Source of the DNA: Mobula hypostoma
Taxonomy: Eukaryota
Assembly (NCBI RefSeq): GCF_963921235.1
Contig: NC_086097.1
Span: 191,458,001-191,522,000 of the forward strand
Length of the DNA: 64,000 nucleotides
Reading direction: 5' to 3'
The position numbers and the translations under genes are program-made. Each line of letters starts with the position of its first letter. Position 1 is the stretch's first letter. The notes beneath the pieces were generated by a model. That model made no database searches. It worked only from the letters and a program-made list of their open reading frames with translations, and had not been told where the DNA came from. Shown here piece after piece: positions 12,888-24,378 of this stretch.

Positions 12888-13676
12888 TAGGGTTGCCAAC
12901 TGTCCCGTATTTGCCGGGACATCCCGTATATTGGGCTAAATTAGTTTGTCCCGTATTTCCCCCGCTAAGGTAGAGCGTTCCTATGAAACCTTTCATGCCG
13001 AAATGGCATGAAGTGAAGAAGCAATTACCATTACTTTGTATGGGAAAAACTTTTGAGCGTTCCCAGACCCAAAAAATAACCTAACAAATCATACCAAAAA
13101 ATACATAAAACCAAAAATAAATAACATTAACATATAGTAAAAGCAGAAATGATATGATAAATACACAAGCTGTATAAAGTAGAAATAATGTATGTACAGT
13201 ATAGTCGGGAAGATGAAGGCGAAACCGATTTGTGGGAAAAAAGTCGGCACGTACGTGCAGGCGCACATCACATGCTCACGTCACGCATGCGCACACAGGT
13301 GCCCACGCAAGGCTTCATGGTCATGGTAGTCTTTCCTGGGGTAAAGTGTCCCGGGATTTGACTGCAAACAACAGGAATTCTGCAGATGCTGGAAATTCAA
13401 GCAACATACATCAAAGTTGCTGGTGAACACAGCAGGCCAAGCAGCATCTATAGGAAGAGGCGCAGTCGACGTTTCAGGCCGAGACCCTCCTGACGAAGGG
13501 TCTCGGCCTGAAACGTCGACTGCGCCTCTTCCTATAGATGCTGCTTGGCCTGCTGCGTTCACCAGCAACTTTGATGTATGTTGCCGGGATTTGACTGCTA
13601 CATTTGTCCCTTATTTGGGAGTGAGAAAGTTGGCAACCCTAACTGTAAAAGACATGCTGAGGTGAGTTTAACCCTA
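12888..13676. mobile_element. Inner hAT-type element (TAGGGTTGCCAAC ends) nested in the outer hAT
   Basis: Starts tagggttgccaact; matching inverted copy agttggcaacccta near 13628-13641; second end ..ttaacccta at 13676; 8-bp duplication cttgaaca at 12880-12887 and 13677-13684. Confidence 0.75.
13366..13583. mobile_element. Palindromic PLE pseudo-LTR insertion with 15-bp TSD
   Basis: TSD ccgggatttgactgc at 13351-13365 and 13584-13598; arms 13401-13488 and 13497-13584; the site is empty in hAT copy 2. Confidence 0.93.
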
Positions 13677-13854
13677 CTTGAACATCTCCCCACCCCCGGT
13701 CGGCTGGTCCGCAAGAATATTGTCAATATTAAACCGGTCCACGGTGCAAAAAAGGTTGGGGATCCCTGCTGTAAGATGTGTATGCATGAATAATATCTTA
13801 CTAAATTTAGCAAAGGATTGAGTAATTTATAATTTGCTTATATACATTAAAAAA

Positions 13855-14048
13855 TATAGACAATAGACAATAGGTGCAGGAGTAGGCCATTCGGCCCTGT
13901 AAGCCAGCACCACCATTCACTATGATCATGGCTGATCATCCACAATCAGTATCCAGTTCCTGCCTTATCCCCATAACCTTTGATTCCGCTATCTTTAAGA
14001 GCTCTATCCATCTCTTTCTTGAAAGCATCCAGAGACTTGGCCTCCACA
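13855..14048 (-). mobile_element. CR1 LINE 3' end fragment
   Basis: (tagacaa)n tail, then ggtgcaggagtaggccattcggccc, the reverse complement of the CR1 3' UTR seen at 17960-18005. Confidence 0.85.
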
Positions 14049-14271
14049 AGCAGTAAGTGTGAGTGTTCCAGGAGTCCAAAAATACAATATTTGGTTCTGG
14101 AGTGGTAACCCTTTAGCTAAGCTGGGTAGCGAAGTGGTTCAGTATAGCATTTGATGAATGACACTCAAATGAAGTGTGAATCATACTGACATCCACGCTC
14201 GTGAGAGCATTAGTCCATATACTGTATATCTGTCAGAACAAAGCAGATTAAACTAACAATGGCATCAATTA

Positions 14272-14575
14272 AACAAAACAACACTCATAAAATGCTGGAT
14301 GAATCAGCAGACTAGGCAGCATCTGTGGAAAAGAGTAAACAGACGATGTTTTGGGCCGAGACCCTTTATCAGGACTGGAGAAAAAAGATGAGGAGTTGGA
14401 GGAAGAAGGATGGGGGAGTGGAGGAACAAACACAAGGTGATGTGTGAAACCAGGAGGGAAGGAGGGGTAAAGTAAAGAGATGAGAAGTTGATTGGTGAAA
14501 GAAATGCTGGACTGGGGAAGGGCGAATCTGATAGGAGAGGACAGAAGGCCATGGAAGAAAGAAAAGGGAGAGTTA
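14272..14575 (-). mobile_element. PLE pseudo-LTR fragment with degenerate hammerhead motif
   Basis: aaaatgctgg...ggcagcatctgtgg...gggccgagaccctttatcaggactgg. Confidence 0.8.
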
Positions 14576-16521
14576 AACATCAATTAAACATCAGCATTGA
14601 CTTGATGGAGCTTAGAGTTCTAGTTCACTGCGATCCCAAACATTACAGAGCTGTACATGCTGTCCGTTCTTCCAGAGAAAGGAACATCACCACTGATATT
14701 TAATGGGATCACTCACCATCTAGTTGCAGTTAAGATTCTATCAGAATGGTACAGTTTGGTGAGAGGAAACTAGGAGTTAAAACAATGTAGACCCTTACGT
14801 AGTTTTTACCAGGTAGTTCTTTGGTTTAATTTCTGTTGTCATCTGATCACCAGAGGGCATTGATAATGAAAGAATTTTTGAAAGCAAGATCTCACAACAT
14901 TTCACCCCCACACAACCTCTTCAATGTGAATGCAAATACGCAAGTGTAAAATACAGTAAAGAAAATTTATTACTGTCAGTGGTCTCCCAGATGGAAGTCA
15001 ATAGTATCAGAACTGTCCAAGGTGGTAAGTGATTGTTCAATATTTCCATCATGCATTTGAAGAGCCGAGGCCAGTTCTGAGATTAATCAGAAATCATTGA
15101 AAGAACAAGTGAACCAACACCAGCATTCTCTCCTAGCTATTACACACAATAGGCTACGTTTGACAAGCCACTTCCTTCACCTACCTGTCATCTGATTCCC
15201 CAAACAGACATACTAATCCAAGTTCCATTGTAGGTAGAAGTTATCAGATTAATAGAAAGAAAGATTTAAGGACTTATTCAGAGCTAGCTTAAAGAAATGC
15301 AATATCCCCACTGACTGCTGGATTTGGCAACTGAGACTATTAAATTGAGTGAATATGTGTCTTCATCTCCATCTCTTGGTTTATTTAGCTACCTACAAAG
15401 ATAAAAGCATAGAATAAATTTGGAAAAGCTACATGGAAATCTGAAAAGAAATCATGGGGTTAAAGGCAAGTAGGATTTTTGAGGAAAGAGTAGGAATGAA
15501 GACATCAATATCTTCTAATGTTTCAATTCTCAGTAATGTCCAATCAAGTACTTGACTCCTCCATTGTAATAAGGTAATGCAGCTGTGCCTAGCTACCACT
15601 TGTTATCTAAAATTGTCTCTCATTATGTGCCATTATCTCCTGCAAGAGAGGTAAATTAGCTGGAACAGCATCTAAAGATACACTTAGTGACCTTTGACAC
15701 TTGCTTGTTTGTCTGCGCGGTAAGTAGGTCGCAGTAGTTGAATCCTCAGCCCCCACCCCAGATGCCCTGTATGTCTTCTAACTTGCTTAAGCACCAGGGG
15801 AAAATATTTGCAAATTCTTCAAATAAATTAAAATAAGTAGAAAATAAAAAATTAAAAAAACATTCAAAATTAGTGAAAATTAAAGTACAAGAAATTAATT
15901 GATAAACATTTTCTCAAGGTAGGCAAACCTACTCAAACCAATGGATTGTGTTCTAATTCTGACCAGTCTTACCCCTAAACCTGGTGGGTCATGTGAACTT
16001 TGCATCAGTCTTTCCATTCAGGACATCTGTGCTCTGCCAGTGGATGTTAGTACAGTCATGGAACTGGAGATAAGATATGTAGCCTGTTTCTGACTTCCAC
16101 ATTTTATTGTGTAGGAGTCAGAAATCAGAAGGGAGCTGAACAGGGAATCAGATAAGCAATAGTTTGGTATAGGACTGTATGCTTCAATCCAGCCTATAAT
16201 CTCTCCTCACACATGGGAACCCCAAAATTGGTAGTTATTTCACGGTCGGTAAAACCAGCAGGACTTGTCAGTTGGAGTTGAATTTTGAGTACTTTTGTAG
16301 ATATATCTGAAAGTTTAATTCCATAGTGGGGTGATTGGAAGTATGTATCAGTTTTGCTTAATGGCCTAGAGAGACTGCTGTCTGGGTATGCAGTTGGTGG
16401 TATCACAACTTTTTATATTTCACACTCTCTAGAGACATTCACAAATATAATCCGTAAATTCTTTCCTACAAATGCATTAACATGTAAAACATTTTGCATT
16501 AAAATTCAGTATGTGAATTTG

Positions 16522-17931
16522 CTCAATAACTCGTTAGATTCTGGACTAGTTCCTGAGGATTGGAGGGTGGCTAATGTAACCCCACTTTTTAAGAAAGGAG
16601 GGAGAGAGAAACCGGGGAATTATAGACCGGTTAGCCTAACATCAGTGGTGGGGAAACTGCTGGAGTCAGTTATCAAGGATGTGATAACAGCACATTTGGA
16701 AAGCGGTGAAATGATCGGACAAAGTCAGCATGGATTTGTGAAAGGAAAATCATGTCTGGCGAATCTCATAGAATTTTTTGAGGATGTAACTAGTAGAGTG
16801 GATAGGGGAGAACCAGTGGATGTGGTATATTTGGATTTTCAAAAGGCTTTTGACAAGGTCCCTCACAGGAGATTAGTGTGCAAACTTAAAGCACACGGGA
16901 TTGGGGGTAAGGTATTGATATGGATAGAGAATTGGTTAGCAGACAGGAAGCAAAGAGTGGGAATAAACGGGACCTTTTCAGAATGGCAGGCAGTGACTGG
17001 TGGGGTACCACAAGGCTCAGTGCTGGGACCCCAGTTGTTTACAATATATATTAATGACTTGGATGAGGGAATTAAATGCAGCATCTCCAAGTTTGCGGAT
17101 GACACGAAGCTGGGCGGCAGTGTTAGCTGTGAGGAGGATGCTAAGAGGATGCAGGGTGACTTGGATAGGTTGAGTGAGTGGGCAAATTCATGGCAGATGC
17201 AATTTAATGTGGATAAATGTGAAGTTATCCACTTTGGTGGCAAAAATAGGAAAACAGATTATTATCTGAATGGTGGCCGATTAGGAAAAGGGGAGGTGCA
17301 ACGAGACCTGGGTGTCATTATACACCAGTCATTGAAAGTGGGCATGCAGGTACAGCAGGCGGTGAAAAAGGCGAATGGTATGCTGGCATTTATAGCAAGA
17401 GGATTCGAGTACAGGAGCAGGGAGGTACTACTGCCGTTGTACAAAGCCTTGGTGAGACCACACCTGGAGTATTGTGTGCAGTTTTGGTCCCCTAATCTGA
17501 GGAAAGACATCCTTGCCATAGAGGGAGTACAAAGAAGGTTCACCAGATTGATTCCTGGGATGGCAGGACTTTCATATAAAGAAAGACTGGATGAACTAGG
17601 CTTGTACTCGTTGGAATTTAGAAGATTGAGGGGGGATCTGATTGAAACGTATAAAATCCTAAAGGGATTGGACAGGCTAGATGCAGGAAGATTGTTCCCG
17701 AAGTTGGGGAAGTCCATAACGAGGGGTCACAGTTTGAGGATAAAGGCGAAGCCTTTTAGGACCGAGATTAGGAAAAACTTCTTCACACAGAGAGTGGTGA
17801 ATCTGTGGAATTCTCTGCCACAGGAAACAGTTGAGGCCAGTTCATTGGCTATATTTAAGAGGGAGTTAGATATGGCCCTTGTGGCTAGGGGGATCAGAGG
17901 GTATGGAGGGAAGGCTGGTGCAGGGTTCTGA
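16522..17931 (+). CDS. CR1 ORF2 reverse transcriptase, C-terminal ~470 aa, uninterrupted (5'-truncated)
   Basis: Motifs PEDWRVANVTPLFKKG, NYRPVSLTS, QHGF, YLDFQKAFDKVPH, GVPQGSVLGP, FADDTKL, WQMQFNVDKC, VRPHLEYC. Confidence 0.93.
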   Translation, partial: LNNSLDSGLVPEDWRVANVTPLFKKGGREKPGNYRPVSLTSVVGKLLESVIKDVITAHLESGEMIGQSQHGFVKGKSCLANLIEFFEDVTSRVDRGEPVDVVYLDFQKAFDKVPHRRLVCKLKAHGIGGKVLIWIENWLADRKQRVGINGTFSEWQAVTGGVPQGSVLGPQLFTIYINDLDEGIKCSISKFADDTKLGGSVSCEEDAKRMQGDLDRLSEWANSWQMQFNVDKCEVIHFGGKNRKTDYYLNGGRLGKGEVQRDLGVIIHQSLKVGMQVQQAVKKANGMLAFIARGFEYRSREVLLPLYKALVRPHLEYCVQFWSPNLRKDILAIEGVQRRFTRLIPGMAGLSYKERLDELGLYSLEFRRLRGDLIETYKILKGLDRLDAGRLFPKLGKSITRGHSLRIKAKPFRTEIRKNFFTQRVVNLWNSLPQETVEASSLAIFKRELDMALVARGIRGYGGKAGAGF

Positions 17932-18029
17932 GTTGGATGATCAGCCATGATCATAATAAATGGCGGTGCAGGCTCGAAGGGCCAAATGGCCTACACCTGC
18001 ACCTATTTTCTATGTTTCTATGTTTCTAT
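16522..18029 (+). mobile_element. 5'-truncated young CR1 LINE (ORF2 RT, 3' UTR and tttctatg tail)
   Basis: Open frame to the stop at 17931; terminal microsatellite tttctatg at about 18007-18029. Confidence 0.95.
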
Positions 18030-18354
18030 AATCATCTCGTGAGATCATCAATGAAAGCAACATTTTGTTCTTCTTGTTTTGGAATTTCTGTTTATTTGTA
18101 CAGTAGTTTAAGTAATACCACTGAACTTAATAGAACGTGAGCATACATGCTTGTCACTCTGTAGATAATAATAGCTAGTGGAGAACTTTCATCTGACACT
18201 GCATGAGAGTTAGTCTCTTTCCAGTTGTATTTTTTATGGATCCTGGTGAACTTTTCATTATGAATGCCCTGGAACAGAGAAACCTTTCACTGAAAATTCG
18301 CAAATACATATGTACAGCCATGAGTAGCTTGCAGATAGTTAGACATGCTCACAA

Positions 18355-18850
18355 ATTGATTGTGGACTTGCAGGACAGGGAAGTCAGAGGAGTACACGAG
18401 TCCTCAACGAGGGTGCAGGAGTGGAAAGAGTGAGCAGTTTCAAGTCTGTGGGTGTCAACATCTCTGATGATCCATACTGGGCTCAAAATATTGATACAAT
18501 TACAAGGAAGGAATGATAGGGACTGCATTTCATTAGGAGTTTGAGGAAACTTGATACGCCACCAAAGACACTCACAAATTTCTACAGATGTAACCAGGAA
18601 AGCATTCTAACTGGTTGCATCACCATCTGGTATGGTGAAAGGGGCACTGCACAGGATCAGAAAAAGCTGCAGAAAGTTGTAAACTCACCCAGCTGCATCA
18701 TAACCATTAGCCTCCCTAGAATTCAGTACACCTTCAAAAGGCGATGCCTCAAAAAGGCAGTATTCAACATTAAGGACCCCCATCACCCAGGACATGCCCT
18801 GTTCTTATTGATACCATCAAGGTGGAAGTACAGGAGCTGGAACCCACACA
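18355..18850 (+). mobile_element. Rex/Babar-type LINE RT C-terminal fragment
   Basis: LRKL..PPKTLTNFYRC..ESILTGCITIWYG...IKDPHHPGHALF. Confidence 0.85.
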
Positions 18851-18934
18851 TGCAAGAAATAAAAGGTAGCTAAGGTACGTTTTTCCAGATCAAGTCAGAG
18901 TTGGTGTAGGATTCTCTAGCCAGAGAAGTTTTTT

Positions 18935-19190
18935 ATTTGCATAACACCTGAATTTTTATCACGGTGTCCAAAACTGCTTTTCAGAGAATGAATGTAGTGA
19001 TTCCAGTAATATAGAGAGAGCTGCCAGTTGGTACATGTCAAGCTCTCTCAATGAGCAGCTTAACTGCTTTATTGTTGGTGAGAGATATTAACATTAGCCA
19101 GGACAATATTGCAGTATGGATCTTTCACCTCAGCTGAGAGATCATCAGATCTTGATTTAACATTTCATTGGAAATATGGAAAACAGATTG
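18935..19190 (-). mobile_element. Ancient Deu-domain SINE remnant
   Basis: attaacattagccaggaca...ggatctttcacctcagctgagag...gatttaacatttcattggaaa resembles the reverse strand of the Deu domain. Confidence 0.55.
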
Positions 19191-20299
19191 ATCTCAGTAT
19201 TTTTTCTTTCTCGTTTATGTCAGCTCAAATAAATCAATTCAGTCTATTTTCACATCACAATATCAGTTACCAGTCAAATGTAAATGACATTAATACAGGG
19301 TACAGATGAAAATGGGTGCCCCCTGAACTTGTCAGAAAGGCTTGAAAGCAACAGATAAAGACAGAAACAGAAGTAATTCATCATGAGTTATGGATTTTTA
19401 GTTGTCATTTTTGGCTACCATGAAGCTTATGCTTCAAATGGCTTTATCAAGATTGATAATAATTCTCCTTTTCCTTCCACCATAACTAAAATCAGAAATT
19501 TCCACCAACGAAATATTGAGAAGAGTAAAGCCATTACCTCTTTTCCCGATCTTTTTTGACTAACTACTGACTCTGTTCCTCTGCTTGCCATCTTTCATTA
19601 ATTGAAACCAGTCAGTTAAAAAACCTGGTTTTCTATCTAACACATCGGATGTCTGATGTTCTACACATCAGATATCTGGCCTTTCATTTAGCTCTCCTTA
19701 CTGAGCAATTTTCTAATCATAAACATGGGTAGTTAATTACCAGACTCTGCTATTGTATGTATTACCTCATAAAGTAATAGTAAGACGTTGCACTGGGTAA
19801 CAGATTAATGACTTGTAGCTGTCACAAAGGGGAACTGACTGTGGCATCAAAATTAAACTAGATTATGGAAAGAATAAGACAAGCAAACATAAGATCATGT
19901 AAGTAAAACCAGACATTGGACTGAGGAGAGAAGAGATATCCTGTCAACAACAGCAATAAAAAAAAACAATGAACTACTGTATGATTATCTGGCTGACACA
20001 ATACATAGCAAATTATAAATTTTACAATATACAGTAAAAATTAGGAGAAACCTACAATGGTCACTTTCATCAAAGGATGTCCTCAGTATGATCACCAAGT
20101 CAAGGTATCAACAGATAGTCTGTTCTACTTATCAGAGCTATTTTGGTGTCCCTTTTGTGTGTATCATTGGGTCAGCATTCTTAAATATCCATACATGTGT
20201 CTATTGAAAAACAAGGGTAAAATCTCTATCCTGTCTATTCTTCTAATTCTTGCTTAATTCTTGCAGAAAAGAAATTAGGCTTTCACCTGTTTCTCCCTC

Positions 20300-20710
20300 T
20301 GCCCTGACCCTGACTTGTCTCAGCTCATTTGCTGTAAAAAACCTCATTCATGCCTTTATGATTTGTATACCTCAATGGATTCCTGCATACCTTCCATTAT
20401 TCTCTTCTCCATATGTGTAAGATCATTCAGACTCTGCAGCCAGTGTTTAAACTCATACTATATCCAGCCCATCCATCACTCCCACCTCTCTGATCTCTTC
20501 AACCCTTTATAACTTGAGATGTCCACGTGCTCCTTCATTTCTGGTCATTTAATCACTTTCAAATTTAACCACTAGCACCAATGTCTTCAGCTACCAAGGT
20601 TCAGATCTCAGGATTTGCTTGCCTAACCACTCCATCTTATTTTATTTCTTCAAACAATCCTTAAAAGCTACCCTTCTGTCCAAGTTTTTGATCTGATAAC
20701 TTTTGGGTGA
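20300..20710 (+). mobile_element. Ancient L2 LINE 3' end
   Basis: ...ttcagctaccaagg...ccttaaaagctacccttctgtccaagttttt resembles the L2 3' terminal sequence. Confidence 0.55.
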
Positions 20711-22548
20711 TATTTAAAAATATACATAGCTAATGTTGTTGGTGGGGAAGGACCGAGGCCTTACAGTCTACATCACAGCAAGGGTTACCAGAACAGTGGT
20801 GTCAGATGAGAAAGTTCAATTTATACACTTTCAGCTCCTCATGACATCCACAAGCTCTTCAGAGCCAGTGATTATAATTCATTATTTTGTAAATAAACAC
20901 ATCAGTCTTTTCAGTGCAATGAATAAAGAAAACTATTCATTGGCACAACAAAAGACATGTCTCCATTTTCCCAGCAAGAAAAGAGTAATATCAAAATGGA
21001 CAGGTGTGATTTTAAGTCTTCATACAAAACAGCAACTCCAGTTAGTAATACAGCATTTATTCCGTTTGAACCAATCATCTACTACTACTAAGCGGACTCA
21101 ATGTTTGTAGCCATTACTTGGAACATTGTAAGCAAATTTTGGCATACACTTTTTAAAGAACGTAAATGGTGGAAAGTCTAGAAATAATTACTTCTCAAAA
21201 AATGTGCTTCAGTTATTCAGTCATTTTGTGGTGAGGAATATACGATATTCATGATAATGGATGAAACGAACAGGCAGCACTACAGCCTGCCCATTGGTAA
21301 TCGCAGAAAATATGGTGTGGCTTGAGAAAGAAGGCTATGACTGGAGGAGATTGCAACCATCTTGCTCTTCCTGTCTTGCATGAAAGAAACATCTTTGCAT
21401 TCTCAGGCCTACTGGTCATTGGAAGAGTTATCTTCAAGGAGAATGTCATCCAGCATTTCTCCTCCCCTACTGTACCTTTATGGTGCTTTTCACTCTTCAT
21501 GACAAACTACTATTGCATTCACAAGTCCATTCCTCCTTGTTTTCCCTCTGTAATCAAAGGCGAGCTTGCCCTTTCTCTTTTGCTTCTCGTGAGAGGACAT
21601 ATATCAATTTTCCTGTAGCTGCATTGAGTGTGGTATCAATAGCTCAAATATTGTCATCTCTCCATTTAGTATTACGATCCACAACTATTCAGGAGAGCTT
21701 GGCTAGAAGTAGTGTTAGCTTGCCGACTCAAAATCACACTGGGATAGATGGTGCTGGGGTCCTTAAAACGAAATTAAATCTAGTAGGATATAAGCAAAAT
21801 GACCATTATCAGAGGGCACAAAGTGCAGCTTGTTTTTAATGTAAAAATTTAGAGTAGGTCTAGTCTTTCTGAGAACTGGGGTTTTGCAGATGTACAACCC
21901 TGAGATTAAAAGGTTTGATACTGATGATAGTTACCTACAATGAAAAACGTTCTATTCCCCTGGTTTTAAAATGTGTGCATAATATATATTAAAAATATTT
22001 TCTGTAGTTAGATATTGAAGCTTTCAGTTCAAGGAATACATTTTGTATAAAAGAAGCAGCTTTTAACTTCTCCACTGTACTCATAAATAATGTAGAGAAA
22101 TGACCTATTTACAGTTGGGTATTTTTAGCTAAGATTTGGCAAATTTACAAAATCTAAAACAATAAGTGAAAGTCAGGCGAAAATAGCTAGCAATTGCAAG
22201 CTAATGACACAAATGCACCAATTTTAAAGCAGCTGGAGCAGATTTATTTATATCCCAGGAGGAAGGAAATTGTAGCTGCAAACTAAAGGGCACAGGAAGA
22301 AGAAACAGGACTTGATTTTACAAACCTCATTCATTATACAGTACAGGCACATTTATTGCTAAAAGTTATGCAAAAATTTCCACTCAAAATTTTGAGTTCT
22401 GGTAAGACTCTGCCCTGAGTGTTTGGCTTGCCTGTTTAAAGTGTGTGCATTTGGTGAATTAGGCCGGCTTTGGACTGTCTCATATAACAATATATTGGGA
22501 TTAAGCCACTCTTTCTTTGTGCATTAAACTCTTTGTAATCTTCATGCT

Positions 22549-22630
22549 GTTATACTTCTACACTTTATACTTTATTGTCACCAAACAATTGATACTAGAA
22601 CGTACAATCATCACAGCGATATTTGATTCT
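22549..22630 (-). mobile_element. Short 3' tail of the same Rex/Babar family as 23422-24378
   Basis: Near-identical reverse complement of 24303-24377 (agaatcaaatatcgctgtgatgattgtac..ctagtatcaattgtttgg.gacaataaagtat). Confidence 0.9.
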
Positions 22631-23421
22631 TAAGTCTCCATTTACGTAAAAACTACAAATTGTCTCTGACATGTCTCATGCATTCTGATTTACAAATGCA
22701 ATAAAATTTGTACTAATAAGGTTGACATTCTATTACTTGCTATAGTATTACATGTATTGGATGAGGAAACTCATGCTAAATCACAATGGCAGAAAATCTA
22801 CAACTGAAACTTTTGGCAGTATACTTGCTTTACAAGTGCAACAAATTGAAACTTCCCACTTTGCATTTCGAGTTTCTATGAATCCATTATATAATTGATT
22901 GCAGGGAAACGGACATGTAATAAATGAGCAGAAATAGGCAGGACAACGGTTGTATTGGCCTGATGGTTTGTGCCTTTTTAAGATGAGATTCTGAGCTCAT
23001 ATATTGCAGCTCGGAAAGAAGAGATGATTTCCATTGTTGTGGTGGTTAAGCAAAGAGGTTAAACCTGTGGGTTCTGAAGTGGTGACAAGTCTAGGCTAGA
23101 CAGTGTGCTGTGGAGCGCAAAAAAAAATGTTGAACAACATTATTATCAGGACCGTTGTGCAAGAAATACTGTGGCTTTGTAAAACATTTGTAATGAGTTG
23201 CTTGTTATCCAGCTTAAATAGCTCATGGTTAATATTTAAACTATTGCCTCGAACTCTTTGATCATTGAAAGGTTTTTCAAGTTTAGCAAGATTCTTTTCT
23301 CTAGAGGGTATTTTTAATCAACTAGTAATTTTAAAAGAATATTAATGCTATGCATGTATATATTAATGAATCGGAAGCTTGCAAGGAACTATTTTCTTTT
23401 CATTATTTCCAGGTTTACAGG

Positions 23422-24378
23422 TTCACCCGTGATTGTGTAGCCAAGTTTCCATCGAACTCAATATATAAGTTTGCTGGTGACACAACAATTGTAGGCCGTA
23501 TCTCGGGTAATGATGAGTTTGAGTACAGAGAGGAAATTGAGAACCTGGTGGCATGGTGCAAAGACAATAACATATCCCTCAACATCAGCAAGACGAACGA
23601 ATTGGTTGTTGACTTCAGAAGGAATAGCGCACCGCATGACCCAATTTACATCCGTGGTGCACAAGTGGAACAGGTCAAAAGCTTTAAGTTCCTCGGGGTC
23701 AATATCACAAATGACCTGACTTGGTCCAGCCAAGCAGAGTCCACTGCCAAGAAGGCCCACCAGCGCCTTTGCTTCCTGAGAAAACTAAAGAAATTTGGCC
23801 TGTCCCCTAAAACCCTCACTGATTTTTATAGATGCACCGTAGAAAGCATTCTTTTAGGGTGCACCACAACCTGGTATGGAAGTTGTCCTGTCCAAGACCG
23901 AAAGAAACCGCAGAAGATCGTGAACACGGCTCAGCACATCAGACAAACCAATCTTCCGTCCTTGGACTAACTTTACACCGCGTGCGGTTGGAGCAGTGCT
24001 GCCAGGATAATCAAGGACACGACCCACCCAGCCAACACACTTTTCATCCCTCTTCCCTCCGAGAGAAGGCTCAGGAGCTTGAAGACTCGTACGGCCAGAT
24101 TTGGGGACAGCTTCTTTCCAACTGATATAAGACTGCTGAACGGATCCTGACCCGGATCTGGGCCGTACCCTCCAAATATCTGGACCTGCCTCTCGGTTTT
24201 TTTGCACTACCTTACTTTCCATTCTTCTATTTTGCATTTATGATTTATAATTTAAATTTTTAATATTTACTATCGATTTGTAATCCAGGGAGCAGGAAGT
24301 GCAGAATCAAATATCGCTGTGATGATTGTACATTCTAGTATCAATTGTTTGGCGACAATAAAGTATAAGGTATAAAGT
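23422..24378 (+). mobile_element. 5'-truncated Rex/Babar-type LINE (RT and 3' UTR)
   Basis: KFAGDTTIVG (FADD-like), WC..NN.SLN.SKT.E.VVDFR, FKFLGV.I, FYRCTVESIL..C.T.WYG; internal stop at 23968-23970; aataaagtat tail. Confidence 0.9.

Larger units (their letters stand above)
12758..13768 (+). mobile_element. Non-autonomous hAT element (Charlie-like TIRs), copy 1, 8-bp TSD
   Basis: TIRs cagcagtccccaac / gttggggatccctg; TSD ctgtaaga at 12750-12757 and 13769-13776; homologous to 48123-48882. Confidence 0.93.

Noticed and set aside
13281..13665. Mirror-image ORFs MLVN(A/T)AGQAASIGRG on both strands, also at 30.8, 32.4 and 62.9 kb
   Set aside because: They arise from the palindromic or repeated pseudo-LTR sequence and are not a gene family.
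16354..16521. N-terminal extension of the 525-aa ORF suggesting a host-RT fusion gene
   Set aside because: It starts at a non-ATG codon in AT-rich flank with no protein-like features; chance read-through into a truncated CR1 explains it.
16863..17954. Antisense ORFs of 75-151 aa
   Set aside because: Shadow frames of the CR1 RT coding sequence.
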